Shown: in pieces, positions 9,883 to 18,893 of the stretch
Layout of the letters: every line of letters starts with the position of its first letter
Numbering within the stretch: the stretch's first letter is position 1
NCBI GenBank assembly: GCA_017505605.1
Contig: JAFVOX010000004.1
Location: forward strand, 18,479-82,478
Reading direction: 5' to 3'
Length of the DNA: 64,000 nt
DNA from: Bacteroidales bacterium
GTDB taxonomy: Bacteria > Bacteroidota > Bacteroidia > Bacteroidales > UBA932
Notes under the pieces: generated by a model
Seen by the model: the letters and a program-made list of their open reading frames with translations, nothing else
Told to the model about the DNA's origin: nothing
Databases searched by the model: none
Program-made: the position numbers and the translations under genes

Positions 9883-11127
9883 TTAGAGATTAACTCTAAG
9901 ACCCATTTCAAATCCGAACATCAATGGTTGTACTGTTCGTATGCTTTCAGGCTGACCGTTATCGAAGTAGTAGCGGAGACTCGGATCGAGGTAGATTCCT
10001 AAATTCTTTCCGATGGCGAACTCCACTCCGAATCCGGCATTTGCCGAGAACTGGAGGCCGTCGACCTTTTCCTTATGGGAGATCGCTGTGCTGAGGACAT
10101 TGTAGTCATCGCTTATGCACTTTTCTACACTTCCTCCTCCGTAGGCATAGAGGCTTACTCTATCCTGGGAGATGATGTTGTAGTAGGCGTTTACAGGGAT
10201 TCCTACATAGTGCTGTGTGTTTCTGATGTCAGATGAGGTGGAGCTTGCGATTGTTCCGTCAGGATTTACCTTGGTGTACTTTCCGTAGAATGTCCTGGTC
10301 AGCATAGTGTAATTTGCTCCGATTCCCACAGCCCAGCGTGGTGAAAGTCCTATCTTCACTCCGAGTCCCGCTGAGACAGGGATCCCGTATGTGGACTTGG
10401 TGCTGGTCTCTTCTATTCCTGTCTTATCCGGTGCAGGTGTCACAACCGGAGCCTTCTGTGGGCCCAGCCTGTTCTGTCCCTGTGCACTGTTTGTGCCGGC
10501 AAGACCTGAAAGAACGATAGATGTCGAAGGTCTGTATGTTTCCTTCTCTTTGCCCCAGTCTTCAGGGAAATATATCCTTTCTTCCTCTACCTTGTCCTGC
10601 TCTTTGGCCTGTGGCTGAGCGGTAGCGGTTTCTTCAACCTTCCGAGTGGGCTCCCGGACAGGCTCTTCAACAGTTTCGACAGGACTGTCCGTAACCTGAT
10701 TTTCAATGAACTCCTGTGCTGTTGCCGGGATCTCGGCAACCGGCTTGCGGACTATGGAAGTCTTGGCGGCATCGGCCAACATTGTTACGGCTTCCGCCCT
10801 TTCCTCCACTGTTACAGCGTGATCCTCTGCGCTGGTCTCCTGCTCTACCACTGCAACGAGTGAACTGTCTCCAGTGTCTGGAAGAAGCATCTCTTCCGTA
10901 CCGTGATTCAGCACCACGCCGACCGCAATCGCTGCCGCAGCTGCCGCCGCAGCGATGCCGGCCCTTCTGAACCATATTACCGCTGCCGGCTTCTTCTCTG
11001 AAGCTGCCACCTTGTCAAGACCTTCTGACACACGCTCCCAGACGCCTGCAGGAACTTCCTCCCTGCCTTCGTCCAGAATCGACTTCATCATAAGGTCGAA
11101 CTCATTTATATTCTTGTCTTCAAACAT
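9883..11127 (-). CDS. Anti-sigma-like N-terminus fused to a PorT-like outer membrane beta-barrel
   Basis: VPAGVWERV, one TM segment, acidic linker, then barrel motifs (HYVGIPVN, YLDPSLRYYF, C-terminal GLRVNL). Overlaps the ECF sigma stop codon. Confidence 0.7.
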   Translation of the reverse strand: MFEDKNINEFDLMMKSILDEGREEVPAGVWERVSEGLDKVAASEKKPAAVIWFRRAGIAAAAAAAAIAVGVVLNHGTEEMLLPDTGDSSLVAVVEQETSAEDHAVTVEERAEAVTMLADAAKTSIVRKPVAEIPATAQEFIENQVTDSPVETVEEPVREPTRKVEETATAQPQAKEQDKVEEERIYFPEDWGKEKETYRPSTSIVLSGLAGTNSAQGQNRLGPQKAPVVTPAPDKTGIEETSTKSTYGIPVSAGLGVKIGLSPRWAVGIGANYTMLTRTFYGKYTKVNPDGTIASSTSSDIRNTQHYVGIPVNAYYNIISQDRVSLYAYGGGSVEKCISDDYNVLSTAISHKEKVDGLQFSANAGFGVEFAIGKNLGIYLDPSLRYYFDNGQPESIRTVQPLMFGFEMGLRVNL

Positions 11128-11662
11128 TTTCTCTTTCCTTGATTTTGTTCTGTAACCATATCCTTGCCCTGCTCAGCTGTGTCCTTGACGTCGTTTCCGT
11201 TATTCCCAAGGCGTCTGCGATCTCCTTGTGGGTGTAGCCTTCGATCGCGTACATATTGAACACAGTCCTGAATCCGGGCGGGAGCGACATCACCAGAGTC
11301 ATAAGCTCCTTGTAGCCGATGTTTTCTCCCTGCGAAGGTATGTCCGCCTTCATTCCCCGGGCCTGGTCTATCTCCTCACTCATCTTAAGGGCATCCTTCT
11401 TCCTCAGGCTCATAAGTGCCGTCGTGACGAAGATCCTTCTGGCCCATCCCTCAAAGGAACCATCCCCCTTATAGCTTTCAAGCTTGGTGAACAAGGTCAC
11501 GAAGCCGTCCTGAAGAATGTCCTCGGCCTGAACCCTGTCACCGATGTAGCGTATGCACAAAGGGAACATACGGGGTGCCAAACGGTCGTAAAGGACCTTC
11601 TGGGACGCCCGATCTCCTTTTATGCAAGACTTAATCAGTTGTAATTCAATAATATCAGCCAC
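11120..11662 (-). CDS. ECF-family RNA polymerase sigma factor
   Basis: AEDILQDGF, SFEGWARRI, LPPGFRTVFNMYAIEGYTHKEIA...SRTQLSRAR. GTG start. Confidence 0.93.
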   Translation of the reverse strand: MADIIELQLIKSCIKGDRASQKVLYDRLAPRMFPLCIRYIGDRVQAEDILQDGFVTLFTKLESYKGDGSFEGWARRIFVTTALMSLRKKDALKMSEEIDQARGMKADIPSQGENIGYKELMTLVMSLPPGFRTVFNMYAIEGYTHKEIADALGITETTSRTQLSRARIWLQNKIKERENV

Positions 11663-11711
11663 GGTCTTCAGTGTCAGGCCCCTCAGGTCCGTTAATTTTT
11701 CGTGCGCGACA

Positions 11712-11740
11712 TAGATGCAGACAGGGCCTGTATTGTTGCA
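11712..11740 (-). promoter_or_regulatory. Putative autoregulated ECF promoter
   Basis: Minus strand reads TGCAAC-N16-GCATCTA upstream of the sigma gene, similar to ECF -35/-10 geometry. Confidence 0.4.
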
Positions 11741-11812
11741 TTATCGGCACATTTTTTTCAAAATTATGCATTTTCCCGAAATTGAGTGTTATTTTTGTAT
11801 GTTTCTTATCCT

Positions 11813-13531
11813 ATGAATATGAAGAACATATATATATATCTGATCATATCCCTTTCCTTGTTCGCCGGATACTTCGTCGCCTCGGCGCAGAATGACACGA
11901 GACCCGGGTCAAGGCACGAAAATATGATCATCGACGTTGTCAGTGCGTATAATTCCGGAAAGATCGAGGAAGCCAGGCGAATGGCAGACGGAATCATTGC
12001 CGAGGATCCGGACAACGATGCGGCCTGGTACTATCTTGCCCAGTGCGCTGTCCGTGTCAAGGACCTCGCTCTGGCGGAGCAGTGCTACCGTGTGGCGGCG
12101 GAGCTTGACCCGGATAACTTCTGGTACAGGTACAGACTCGCAAGGCTTTACTCTGTCACGTCCCGTCCGGAACTCACTATGGAGATGTACGAGAAGCTTC
12201 TTGACGACTTCCCTAAGAAGAATGATATATATTTCGACCTTGTCGAGATCTATGTGGCCCAGAAGGAATATGACAAGGCGCTCGAAGTGCTGAAGGAGAT
12301 CGAGACCGTGTTCGGTATGACTGAGTCTATTGCAATGTACCGCTTCAATCTTCTTCGTGTCCTGAACAGACCTGAAGAGGCCTACGAGTCGCTTGAGAAG
12401 TACAACCGCCAGTACTCGTCTCCGTTTGTGCTGACTACTTTGGCTGACTATCAGATGTCGATGTACAACGATTCCACAGCCGTTGCCTACTATGATGAAG
12501 CCCTTGACCTTGCTCCGGACTATTTCCCTGCTATGCTTGGCAAGGCGGAGACATACAGACTGACAAGAAAATATGACGATTACTTCTCGGTCCTTGGAGA
12601 CTATGTGCAGTCGGATGATTCTCCAGCCGCCAAGAGCGACTATCTTATGGCAGTCATCCAGAGGACTGATCCGATGTTCATACGAAACTTCCTGCCTCAG
12701 ATAGACACAGTAGTCACAAAGGCGCTGGAATCCCATCCGTCTGACAGCACTCTCCTGCAGACCGCGGCTGTCTACTATTATTCGACTGACAGGATGGACG
12801 GAGCCAAGAAGTATTTCAAGGAAAATATGACAGCCTGGCCACAGAGCTTTTCCGCAAGGGCCGGCTACGTGGAGTTCCTTATGTATGCCGAGGAGTGGGA
12901 AGAACTTTCCTATGCCGGCCGCGAGGCCTTCAAGCTTTTCCCGAAAGAGACCGCCTTCCTGGAGATGGCAAGTGTGGGGGACTACAACCTGGCGGCCTAC
13001 GACAAGGTTCTGGAAATATGCGAAAAGGTCCTCGAAGTAGCTCCGGCAGACAGCTCGAGCAACCTAAGGGCGTGGTCGACAATGGGTGACATCTATCATC
13101 AGCTCGGCGACAGCAAGAAGGCCTACAAGGCTTACGATGAGGCCTTGAAGATAAATCCTGACTATGTATATGTCCTGAACAACTATGCCTATTACTTGAG
13201 TGAAGAAGGCAGGAAACTCAAGAAGGCATATAAGATGAGCAGGAAGACCATCGAGGCTGAACCGAACAATGCAACCTACCTCGACACATTCGGATGGATA
13301 CTCTATCTTATGGGCAAGCCGCTTGAAGCAAAGCCTCATTTCAAGCAGGCTATGCTGTACGGAGGAAAGGACAGCGCCGTGATAATGGACCATTATGCGG
13401 AAGTCCTGTATGCCTTAAAGGAATATGACCTTGCAATGGTCTACTGGAATCTTGCAATGCACAAGAATCAGGACAAGATTCCGGGCCTCGAGGAAAAAGT
13501 GAATGCCAGAAAGGCCGCAATAAAGAAATAA
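11813..13531 (+). CDS. Exported tetratricopeptide-repeat protein
   Basis: Signal peptide and many TPR-like repeats (LNNYAYYL, YLDTFGWILY). TATTTTTG at 11790 supports the ATG at 11813. Confidence 0.88.
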   Translation: MNMKNIYIYLIISLSLFAGYFVASAQNDTRPGSRHENMIIDVVSAYNSGKIEEARRMADGIIAEDPDNDAAWYYLAQCAVRVKDLALAEQCYRVAAELDPDNFWYRYRLARLYSVTSRPELTMEMYEKLLDDFPKKNDIYFDLVEIYVAQKEYDKALEVLKEIETVFGMTESIAMYRFNLLRVLNRPEEAYESLEKYNRQYSSPFVLTTLADYQMSMYNDSTAVAYYDEALDLAPDYFPAMLGKAETYRLTRKYDDYFSVLGDYVQSDDSPAAKSDYLMAVIQRTDPMFIRNFLPQIDTVVTKALESHPSDSTLLQTAAVYYYSTDRMDGAKKYFKENMTAWPQSFSARAGYVEFLMYAEEWEELSYAGREAFKLFPKETAFLEMASVGDYNLAAYDKVLEICEKVLEVAPADSSSNLRAWSTMGDIYHQLGDSKKAYKAYDEALKINPDYVYVLNNYAYYLSEEGRKLKKAYKMSRKTIEAEPNNATYLDTFGWILYLMGKPLEAKPHFKQAMLYGGKDSAVIMDHYAEVLYALKEYDLAMVYWNLAMHKNQDKIPGLEEKVNARKAAIKK

Positions 13532-13537
13532 CCACAG

Positions 13538-14725
13538 ATGCACCTACGTATAAGACAATTCATAATATCAGCCTTTCTTCTGCTGATTCCGGCAGGAGTG
13601 TACGCGCAGGATGTCAGTACCCAGCAGCAGCGCAGGGAAAAGCTCGAGCGCGAGATCGCCATCATCGACAAGCAGCTGGCAGCCAATGCTTCCCAGAGCC
13701 GTTCGCTGGACAACGACCTGGTGCTTATAAGGAAGAAGATCTCCAACAGAAAGGCCCTGGTGGCGGATTCCGACCGTCAGATCAGACAGTACTCCGACAG
13801 CATCTACCTCACCCAGCTTTCAATCAACAGGTTGAATGCCAGGATCGACACCCTTACTGCCCACTACTCGCGACTTGTCCTGAGTGCCTACAGGAACAGG
13901 GACACGAGGGTGTGGTATATGTATATGTTCGCAAGCGAAAACCTCGGCCAGGCCTTCCGCCGTTTCGGCTACTTCCGCAATCTCTCCACAACGATGAAGA
14001 ATGAGGCCACAAGGATCAAGGAGATGAAGGAGGAGCTGAGGCTGAAGAAGGAACGTCTTGCCGTGATGAAGAAGGAGGCAGAATCCGTAAAGGTCGAAAG
14101 GGTCAAGGAACTCGAAAGGCTCAAGCAGGATGAGGCGAAGGCGAATGGAGTGATCAAGAAGCTGCAGAAGGACAAGAAGAGCTATCAGAAGCAGATCGAG
14201 GCAAAGAAGAAGGAAATCAACAAGATCAATAAGGAGATAGCCCGCATCATCGCCGAGGCAATGAAGACGGATGATCAGAAGGCAAAGGACAAGAAGAAGA
14301 CTGAGGTCGATATGAAGCTCGATGCCGAGTTCTCCAAGAACAAGGGCAAGCTGCCTTGGCCTGTAGACGGACCGGTGGTAGGACGCTTCGGAAAGCATTA
14401 TCATCCTGTCTACAAGAATCTCCAGCTGCCGCCTAACAATGGTGTGGACATCGCGGTGTCAAAGGGCTCAGGCGTGAATGCTGTCTTTGAAGGCACTGTG
14501 ACACAGGTGTTTGTGATGCCTGGCTACAATCAGTGCGTCCTGATCCAGCACGGAAACTATTTCACCCTCTACTGCAAGCTGAAGACAGTTTCGGTGAAGG
14601 CGGGTGACAAGGTGAAGGTCGGTCAGGAGATCGGAAAGATCGACACAATCAACAACCAGACCCAGCTCCACTTCGAGGTGTGGAAAGGCAAGACCCCTCA
14701 GGATCCGGAGACCTGGCTCAAATAA
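13538..14725 (+). CDS. envC: Murein hydrolase activator EnvC-like (coiled coil plus M23 domain)
   Basis: Long coiled coil; NKGKLPWPVDG; NNGVDI (degenerate Zn site); LHFEVW. Confidence 0.85.
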   Translation: MHLRIRQFIISAFLLLIPAGVYAQDVSTQQQRREKLEREIAIIDKQLAANASQSRSLDNDLVLIRKKISNRKALVADSDRQIRQYSDSIYLTQLSINRLNARIDTLTAHYSRLVLSAYRNRDTRVWYMYMFASENLGQAFRRFGYFRNLSTTMKNEATRIKEMKEELRLKKERLAVMKKEAESVKVERVKELERLKQDEAKANGVIKKLQKDKKSYQKQIEAKKKEINKINKEIARIIAEAMKTDDQKAKDKKKTEVDMKLDAEFSKNKGKLPWPVDGPVVGRFGKHYHPVYKNLQLPPNNGVDIAVSKGSGVNAVFEGTVTQVFVMPGYNQCVLIQHGNYFTLYCKLKTVSVKAGDKVKVGQEIGKIDTINNQTQLHFEVWKGKTPQDPETWLK

Positions 14726-15843
14726 TGGATATGAAGAAGACCGTATTCTTGACCGGAGGCACCGGCAATATGGGCTGGGCAGGTTTCCAGGAACTCTACA
14801 GCCGTCGCGAACGCTTCAACATAAGGCTCCTTGCCCGCGACAGCCGCAAGAACCGCAGGATGCTGGGCCGCTATGCGGCGGATCCGTCGGTTGAGGTGAT
14901 ATGGGGCGACCTGATGTGCTACGAAGATGTCCTCAGGGGCGTAACGGGGGCCGATTATGTACTTCACGTAGGAGGAATGGTGTCGCCCGCAGCGGACTAT
15001 TATCCCGAAAAGACCCTCAAAGTAAATGTAGGATCGGCCGAAAACATAGTGAAGGCCGTACTCGCTCAACCGGATTCATCAGATATAAAGGTTATATATA
15101 TAGGGTCGGTCGCCCAATACGGCGACCGAAATCCGCCGCACCATATAGGTGGCGTCGGGGATCCGCAGGTTCCTGCGGAATATGATATGTATGCCCTGTC
15201 CAAGATCCGTTCGGAGGAGGTTTTTGCAAATGCCGGCCTGAAGCATTGGGTCTCGTTGAGGCAGAGCGGAATCCTGTATCCCGGCATACTCAAGGTGGTG
15301 AATCCCACGGCCTTCCACGTCCCGATGAGGGGAGTTCTGGAATGGGCTACCATAGAGGATTCTGGCCGTCTTCTGGCTCAGGTCTGCGAAGACTGGGTGC
15401 CGGAATCTTTCTGGAACAAGGCCTATAACATCAGCAGTGGAGTGCAGTACCGTATGACCAACTACGAATTTATGAACAGGATGCTTGGCTCGCTTGGTCT
15501 TCCTTCTCCTGAGAAAGTGTTTGAGCCACAGTGGTTTGCATTGAAGAACTTCCACGGAATGTGGTACAGGGATGCAGATGTGCTGGAAGACATCCTTCAT
15601 TTCAGGGCCAACGTGCCGGTGGATGACTACTTTGCGTCAATGAAGTCAAAGCTTCCCTGGTACTTCAGACTGGCCTTTCTGGCTCCTGCCTGGGCAGTGA
15701 AGATGTTTATGAAGCCATATGCCTTTGAAAAAGGCCTGGGCACCCAGTGGTGGGTCGAAAACGACGAGGCCAGGTTCAAGGCCTACTACGGCTCCCGCGA
15801 AGCCTACGACGCGATAAAGTCCTGGGACGACATCCGTCCTTAA
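14725..15843 (+). CDS. NAD-dependent epimerase/dehydratase (extended SDR)
   Basis: TGGTGNMG Rossmann motif and YALSK. The ATG overlaps the envC stop (TAATG). Confidence 0.85.
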   Translation: MDMKKTVFLTGGTGNMGWAGFQELYSRRERFNIRLLARDSRKNRRMLGRYAADPSVEVIWGDLMCYEDVLRGVTGADYVLHVGGMVSPAADYYPEKTLKVNVGSAENIVKAVLAQPDSSDIKVIYIGSVAQYGDRNPPHHIGGVGDPQVPAEYDMYALSKIRSEEVFANAGLKHWVSLRQSGILYPGILKVVNPTAFHVPMRGVLEWATIEDSGRLLAQVCEDWVPESFWNKAYNISSGVQYRMTNYEFMNRMLGSLGLPSPEKVFEPQWFALKNFHGMWYRDADVLEDILHFRANVPVDDYFASMKSKLPWYFRLAFLAPAWAVKMFMKPYAFEKGLGTQWWVENDEARFKAYYGSREAYDAIKSWDDIRP

Positions 15844-15864
15844 AAGAAGATAACCCTCTATTAT

Positions 15865-15978
15865 GCGGCGACGCAGGTTTTTTGCCGGATTTCCTTGCGT
15901 CGCTGCAAGAAATCTGATCAAATATATCCTTATGCTGTCACGACGCAAGTATTTTGATCGATTTTCTTGCGTCGCTGC
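15865..15978. repeat. Doublet of CGACGCA(A)G...CTTGCGTCG hairpins, 72-bp period
   Basis: Cores at 15869-15902 and 15941-15974. Confidence 0.8.
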
Positions 15979-16001
15979 ACTTTTGGGTGGAGTCCGGGAA
16001 G

Positions 16002-16110
16002 CACTGTGACGTTTTTGCAACCAAATATGACACAGTGGTTGCTAAAATGATGATAAAATGTGGTTTTGGGCTACCACTGTGTCGATTCTTGTCTGAGAAA
16101 TGACACAGTG
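16002..16110. repeat. Orphan doublet of 36-bp CACTGTG...CACAGTG hairpins (REP-like)
   Basis: Units 16002-16037 and 16075-16110, 73-bp period; same family as the units flanking the transposase at 42.4-43.7 kb. Confidence 0.88.
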
Positions 16111-16257
16111 GTGATTTTGGAATGCCGCACAGGTAAGATGAAAATGCCATAGTGGTCACAGGAATCCCGAAGTCTATGGCTGAAAGAGGATAATGAAAGG
16201 CCTTTCAGTGTATGACGCTATTTAGACAAGCTACAAAATCATCTGATCAGTGCCCTA

Positions 16258-16347
16258 TACTACATTGATATACAGTAGCTTACGCTAGATGCCTGCTGCA
16301 TCTTGACAGCAGGCATCTGACCTAAGTTGGTGAATATTAGGTTTTTA
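16258..16347. repeat. 90-bp 25-40-25 dyad element, copy A
   Basis: Boxes 16258-16282 and 16323-16347; centred 12-bp stem AGATGCCTGCTG/CAGCAGGCATCT. Confidence 0.75.
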
Positions 16348-16416
16348 CGGTTTTGAATGTCGGGACACGCGCGGGGAGTTCTCCGCGATCCCATCTTTTC
16401 CCCGGTGCGACCATAT

Positions 16417-16454
16417 AAAGAAAAGAGACTGACTAATCAGCTTTAGTCAGTCTC
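16417..16454 (-). terminator. Intrinsic terminator of the PPTase gene
   Basis: 12-bp stem GAGACTGACTAA/TTAGTCAGTCTC followed by a T-rich tract on the minus strand. Confidence 0.7.
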
Positions 16455-16476
16455 CTATGCTATATTTCAGGATTGA

Positions 16477-17112
16477 TTATCCTACGAGCCATACGAGTAC
16501 GTGGCGGTCGAACATCATATATTCAAGTTCGAACTCCTCCTCGTGCTCATCCTTGTGAATGAATGTAGCCTCGAGCTCGCCCTCTTTTCTGAGGTTGAAC
16601 TTTTCGACCTCGATCTGCTCGGCGAAATCTACGCGGTTCTGAGACATTCTCTTGAAGATGGCTTCTTTTGCACACCAGTAGATTGCGAGCTGCTCGTTTC
16701 TCTTGTCCTTCTCCAGGTCATCGATCTCATCCTCTGAGAGAGCTTTCTGCTCTACTACAGAGAAATCTCTGTCGAGAGACTCGATGTCGATACCGAGCTC
16801 CTCCTCGTCGTGGATGATGATAGCCACATACTTGTCTGTGTGGGTGATGCTGATGTTGGTGATGCAGTTCTCGAGGTAAGGCTGTCCGTTGTCGTGGTGG
16901 TTCAGGTACATCTTCTCCTCGAACACTTCGTTAAGGAGTGCCCTTACTGCAAGCTTCTGCCTTCTCTGGCTCTCGCTTCTGAAAAGTGAAATCTCTTCAA
17001 GTTCATCTGTCGGAATGGAGATGAGGTTCATCAGTTCCTCTTCCGTCTCGGTTACCTGCCATACGGCGATTTCCGCTTTGTTGTCAAGTTTCTTTCTTAA
17101 ATATAGTGCCAT
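16477..17112 (-). CDS. 4'-phosphopantetheinyl transferase (Sfp/ACPS superfamily)
   Basis: GQPYL, ISITHT, LGIDIE, WCAKEAIFK. Confidence 0.88.
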   Translation of the reverse strand: MALYLRKKLDNKAEIAVWQVTETEEELMNLISIPTDELEEISLFRSESQRRQKLAVRALLNEVFEEKMYLNHHDNGQPYLENCITNISITHTDKYVAIIIHDEEELGIDIESLDRDFSVVEQKALSEDEIDDLEKDKRNEQLAIYWCAKEAIFKRMSQNRVDFAEQIEVEKFNLRKEGELEATFIHKDEHEEEFELEYMMFDRHVLVWLVG

Positions 17113-17140
17113 ATTTTATAAATGTTCCGCTTATGATAGA

Positions 17141-17325
17141 GTGTTGCTCGGTGTTCCTATATACGACAGACCCGTGCGCGCCGACCAGGCACACACGGAA
17201 ACAACCCCATCGCTTTCGCCTGAGGTCTCGCCCATAATCATAAATATGCTGTTGGACAACGGATCGTCAGAACTGTGATCCGCAGCGATTTTCTGATCTG
17301 TTACTATAGGACTGGGAGGTTCCAC
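17141..17325 (-). ncRNA. Probable 6S-like RNA (resembles the Bacteroidales-1 RNA motif)
   Basis: About 185 nt. On the minus strand the 5' CCTATAGTAACAGATC pairs with the 3' GGTCTGTCGTATATAGG, closing a rod. -7 promoter TATCTTTG at 17360-17353. Family match is from memory, not searched. Confidence 0.65.
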
Positions 17326-17467
17326 TGTCTTAACATTCTAATAATTAGGCTGCAAAGATAGTAAAGACTTTTGATATCTCAAAATTCGGGCATTATTGTT
17401 ACTACTCTATGGGCCGCATTTTAATCCTCGCATAAGAAATGCCTCTTTTTTGTGCAAGGATTGCTGA

Positions 17468-17638
17468 AATCATTCCGATCTTTCGGATGGCACGAAGCTG
17501 AGTGCACTGGACGGTAGCGGAGAGGGCCTTGTGTATAGGGGACCGTTCAAGTACAGGAAGAGTTCCGGCGGCAGCGTCAGGGCTGTGGTCAACGGCAGTA
17601 CCCCGGCACACCCGCTTGCGACAAATGTGAATGTTTGA
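17468..17638 (+). pseudogene. Degenerate fragment of an RHS/YD-repeat protein
   Basis: Start-less frame NHSDLSDGTKLSALDGSGEGLVYRGPFKYRKSSGGS..., resembling the Y-x-Y-L-x-DGTKL...Y-x-G-x-F-x-Y segment of Bacteroidales RHS cores. Confidence 0.55.
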
Positions 17639-17698
17639 TTTCACACCGGAGCCAGATGAGCGGATTTTTCATTATCTTGCAGGCAATAGTGAAATATT

Positions 17699-18790
17699 AT
17701 GATGAAGCTGGTGTTTCTTTTGATTCCGCTGGTTTATCTGGCTGGGAACGGATATCTGTACTGGAGGGTGCTGCAGATGGCAGGAGCCCTGCCGGTGTGG
17801 GTCAGGTGTGTTGTCTCGGTGCTGTTCTGGATTGCGGCATTTTCGCTTTTCATATCCGTCGGCCTCCGTGATTCGGGTCTTCCCGGAGCTTTTCTGAAGG
17901 CTATGTACCTCATAGGCTCGGTATGGATGGTCTTCCTTCTGTATTCGGTGCTGCTGCTCATAATATCTGACGTGGCCAGGATCTTCATCCCGTCGCTTGG
18001 ACCTGCCTTGAAATATGCAGCTCCTCTTGCTGCGTGTATCCTTCTTTATGGATATGTCAATTACAGGAATCCGAAGGTGGAGCATATCGACATCGTCCTG
18101 GATAAGCCTGCAGACGGGATTACGGCCGTTGCAATCAGCGATGTGCATCTTGGCTATGGCACGGGAGTGCGGGCCTTGAAGAAGTATGTGGATCTGATAA
18201 ACGGGCAGAAGCCGGATGTGGTGTTCATAGTCGGAGACCTCATCGACAACAGTGTCGAACTTCTGCTGGACGAACCTTTTGCCGAGGCATTGGATGGCCT
18301 CAAGGCCCCGATGGGGGTCTATATGGTTCCGGGCAATCACGAATTCATAAGCGGAATCGAGGCGTGTGAGTCCTTCCTTGCAGGTACGGAGATCCATATG
18401 CTGCGTGACAGCGTGGAATCCTTGCCTTGCGGCCTTCAGGTCATCGGCCGTGACGATCGCTCCAATCCGCATCGGCTTTCCCTTGAGGAACTGCTTGAAA
18501 AGACCGATACATCACGTCCGCTGCTGGTGCTTGACCATCAGCCATACGGGCTGGCACAGGCGGATTCGCTGGGCGTGGACATACAGGTCAGCGGGCATAC
18601 CCACAGGGGACAGATATGGCCTTTGAACTGGCTGACAGATGTTCTTTTTGAGCAGAGCCACGGCTATCGCAAGTGGGACAATGCCCATATCTACGTCTCC
18701 AGCGGACTCTCTCTCTGGGGACCTCCCTTCCGTATAGGAACACGCAGCGATATGGCGGTACTTCACATTTATGGCTCTGAACAGGAATAA
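17699..18790 (+). CDS. Membrane-anchored metallophosphoesterase (YkuE-like)
   Basis: Four N-terminal TM segments; SDVHLG, GDLID, PGNHE, HQP, SGHTHRGQ. Confidence 0.9.
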   Translation: MMKLVFLLIPLVYLAGNGYLYWRVLQMAGALPVWVRCVVSVLFWIAAFSLFISVGLRDSGLPGAFLKAMYLIGSVWMVFLLYSVLLLIISDVARIFIPSLGPALKYAAPLAACILLYGYVNYRNPKVEHIDIVLDKPADGITAVAISDVHLGYGTGVRALKKYVDLINGQKPDVVFIVGDLIDNSVELLLDEPFAEALDGLKAPMGVYMVPGNHEFISGIEACESFLAGTEIHMLRDSVESLPCGLQVIGRDDRSNPHRLSLEELLEKTDTSRPLLVLDHQPYGLAQADSLGVDIQVSGHTHRGQIWPLNWLTDVLFEQSHGYRKWDNAHIYVSSGLSLWGPPFRIGTRSDMAVLHIYGSEQE

Positions 18791-18893
18791 AAAACAAATT
18801 CTTTTTAACACGGTAATGATTTTAAACCGGAATACCATTAAATTTATTATATTTGCCAAGATTTGAAAACAACGCTAACATTATAGAATAATT

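Noticed and set aside
16258-16347. 25-bp boxes as XerCD dif sites
   Set aside because: They do not match the 11-6-11 dif architecture or the TTATGTTAAAT arm, and they occur as multiple pairs.
17131-17325. 64-aa minus-strand ORF
   Set aside because: It coincides with the structured RNA candidate and has no protein-like features.
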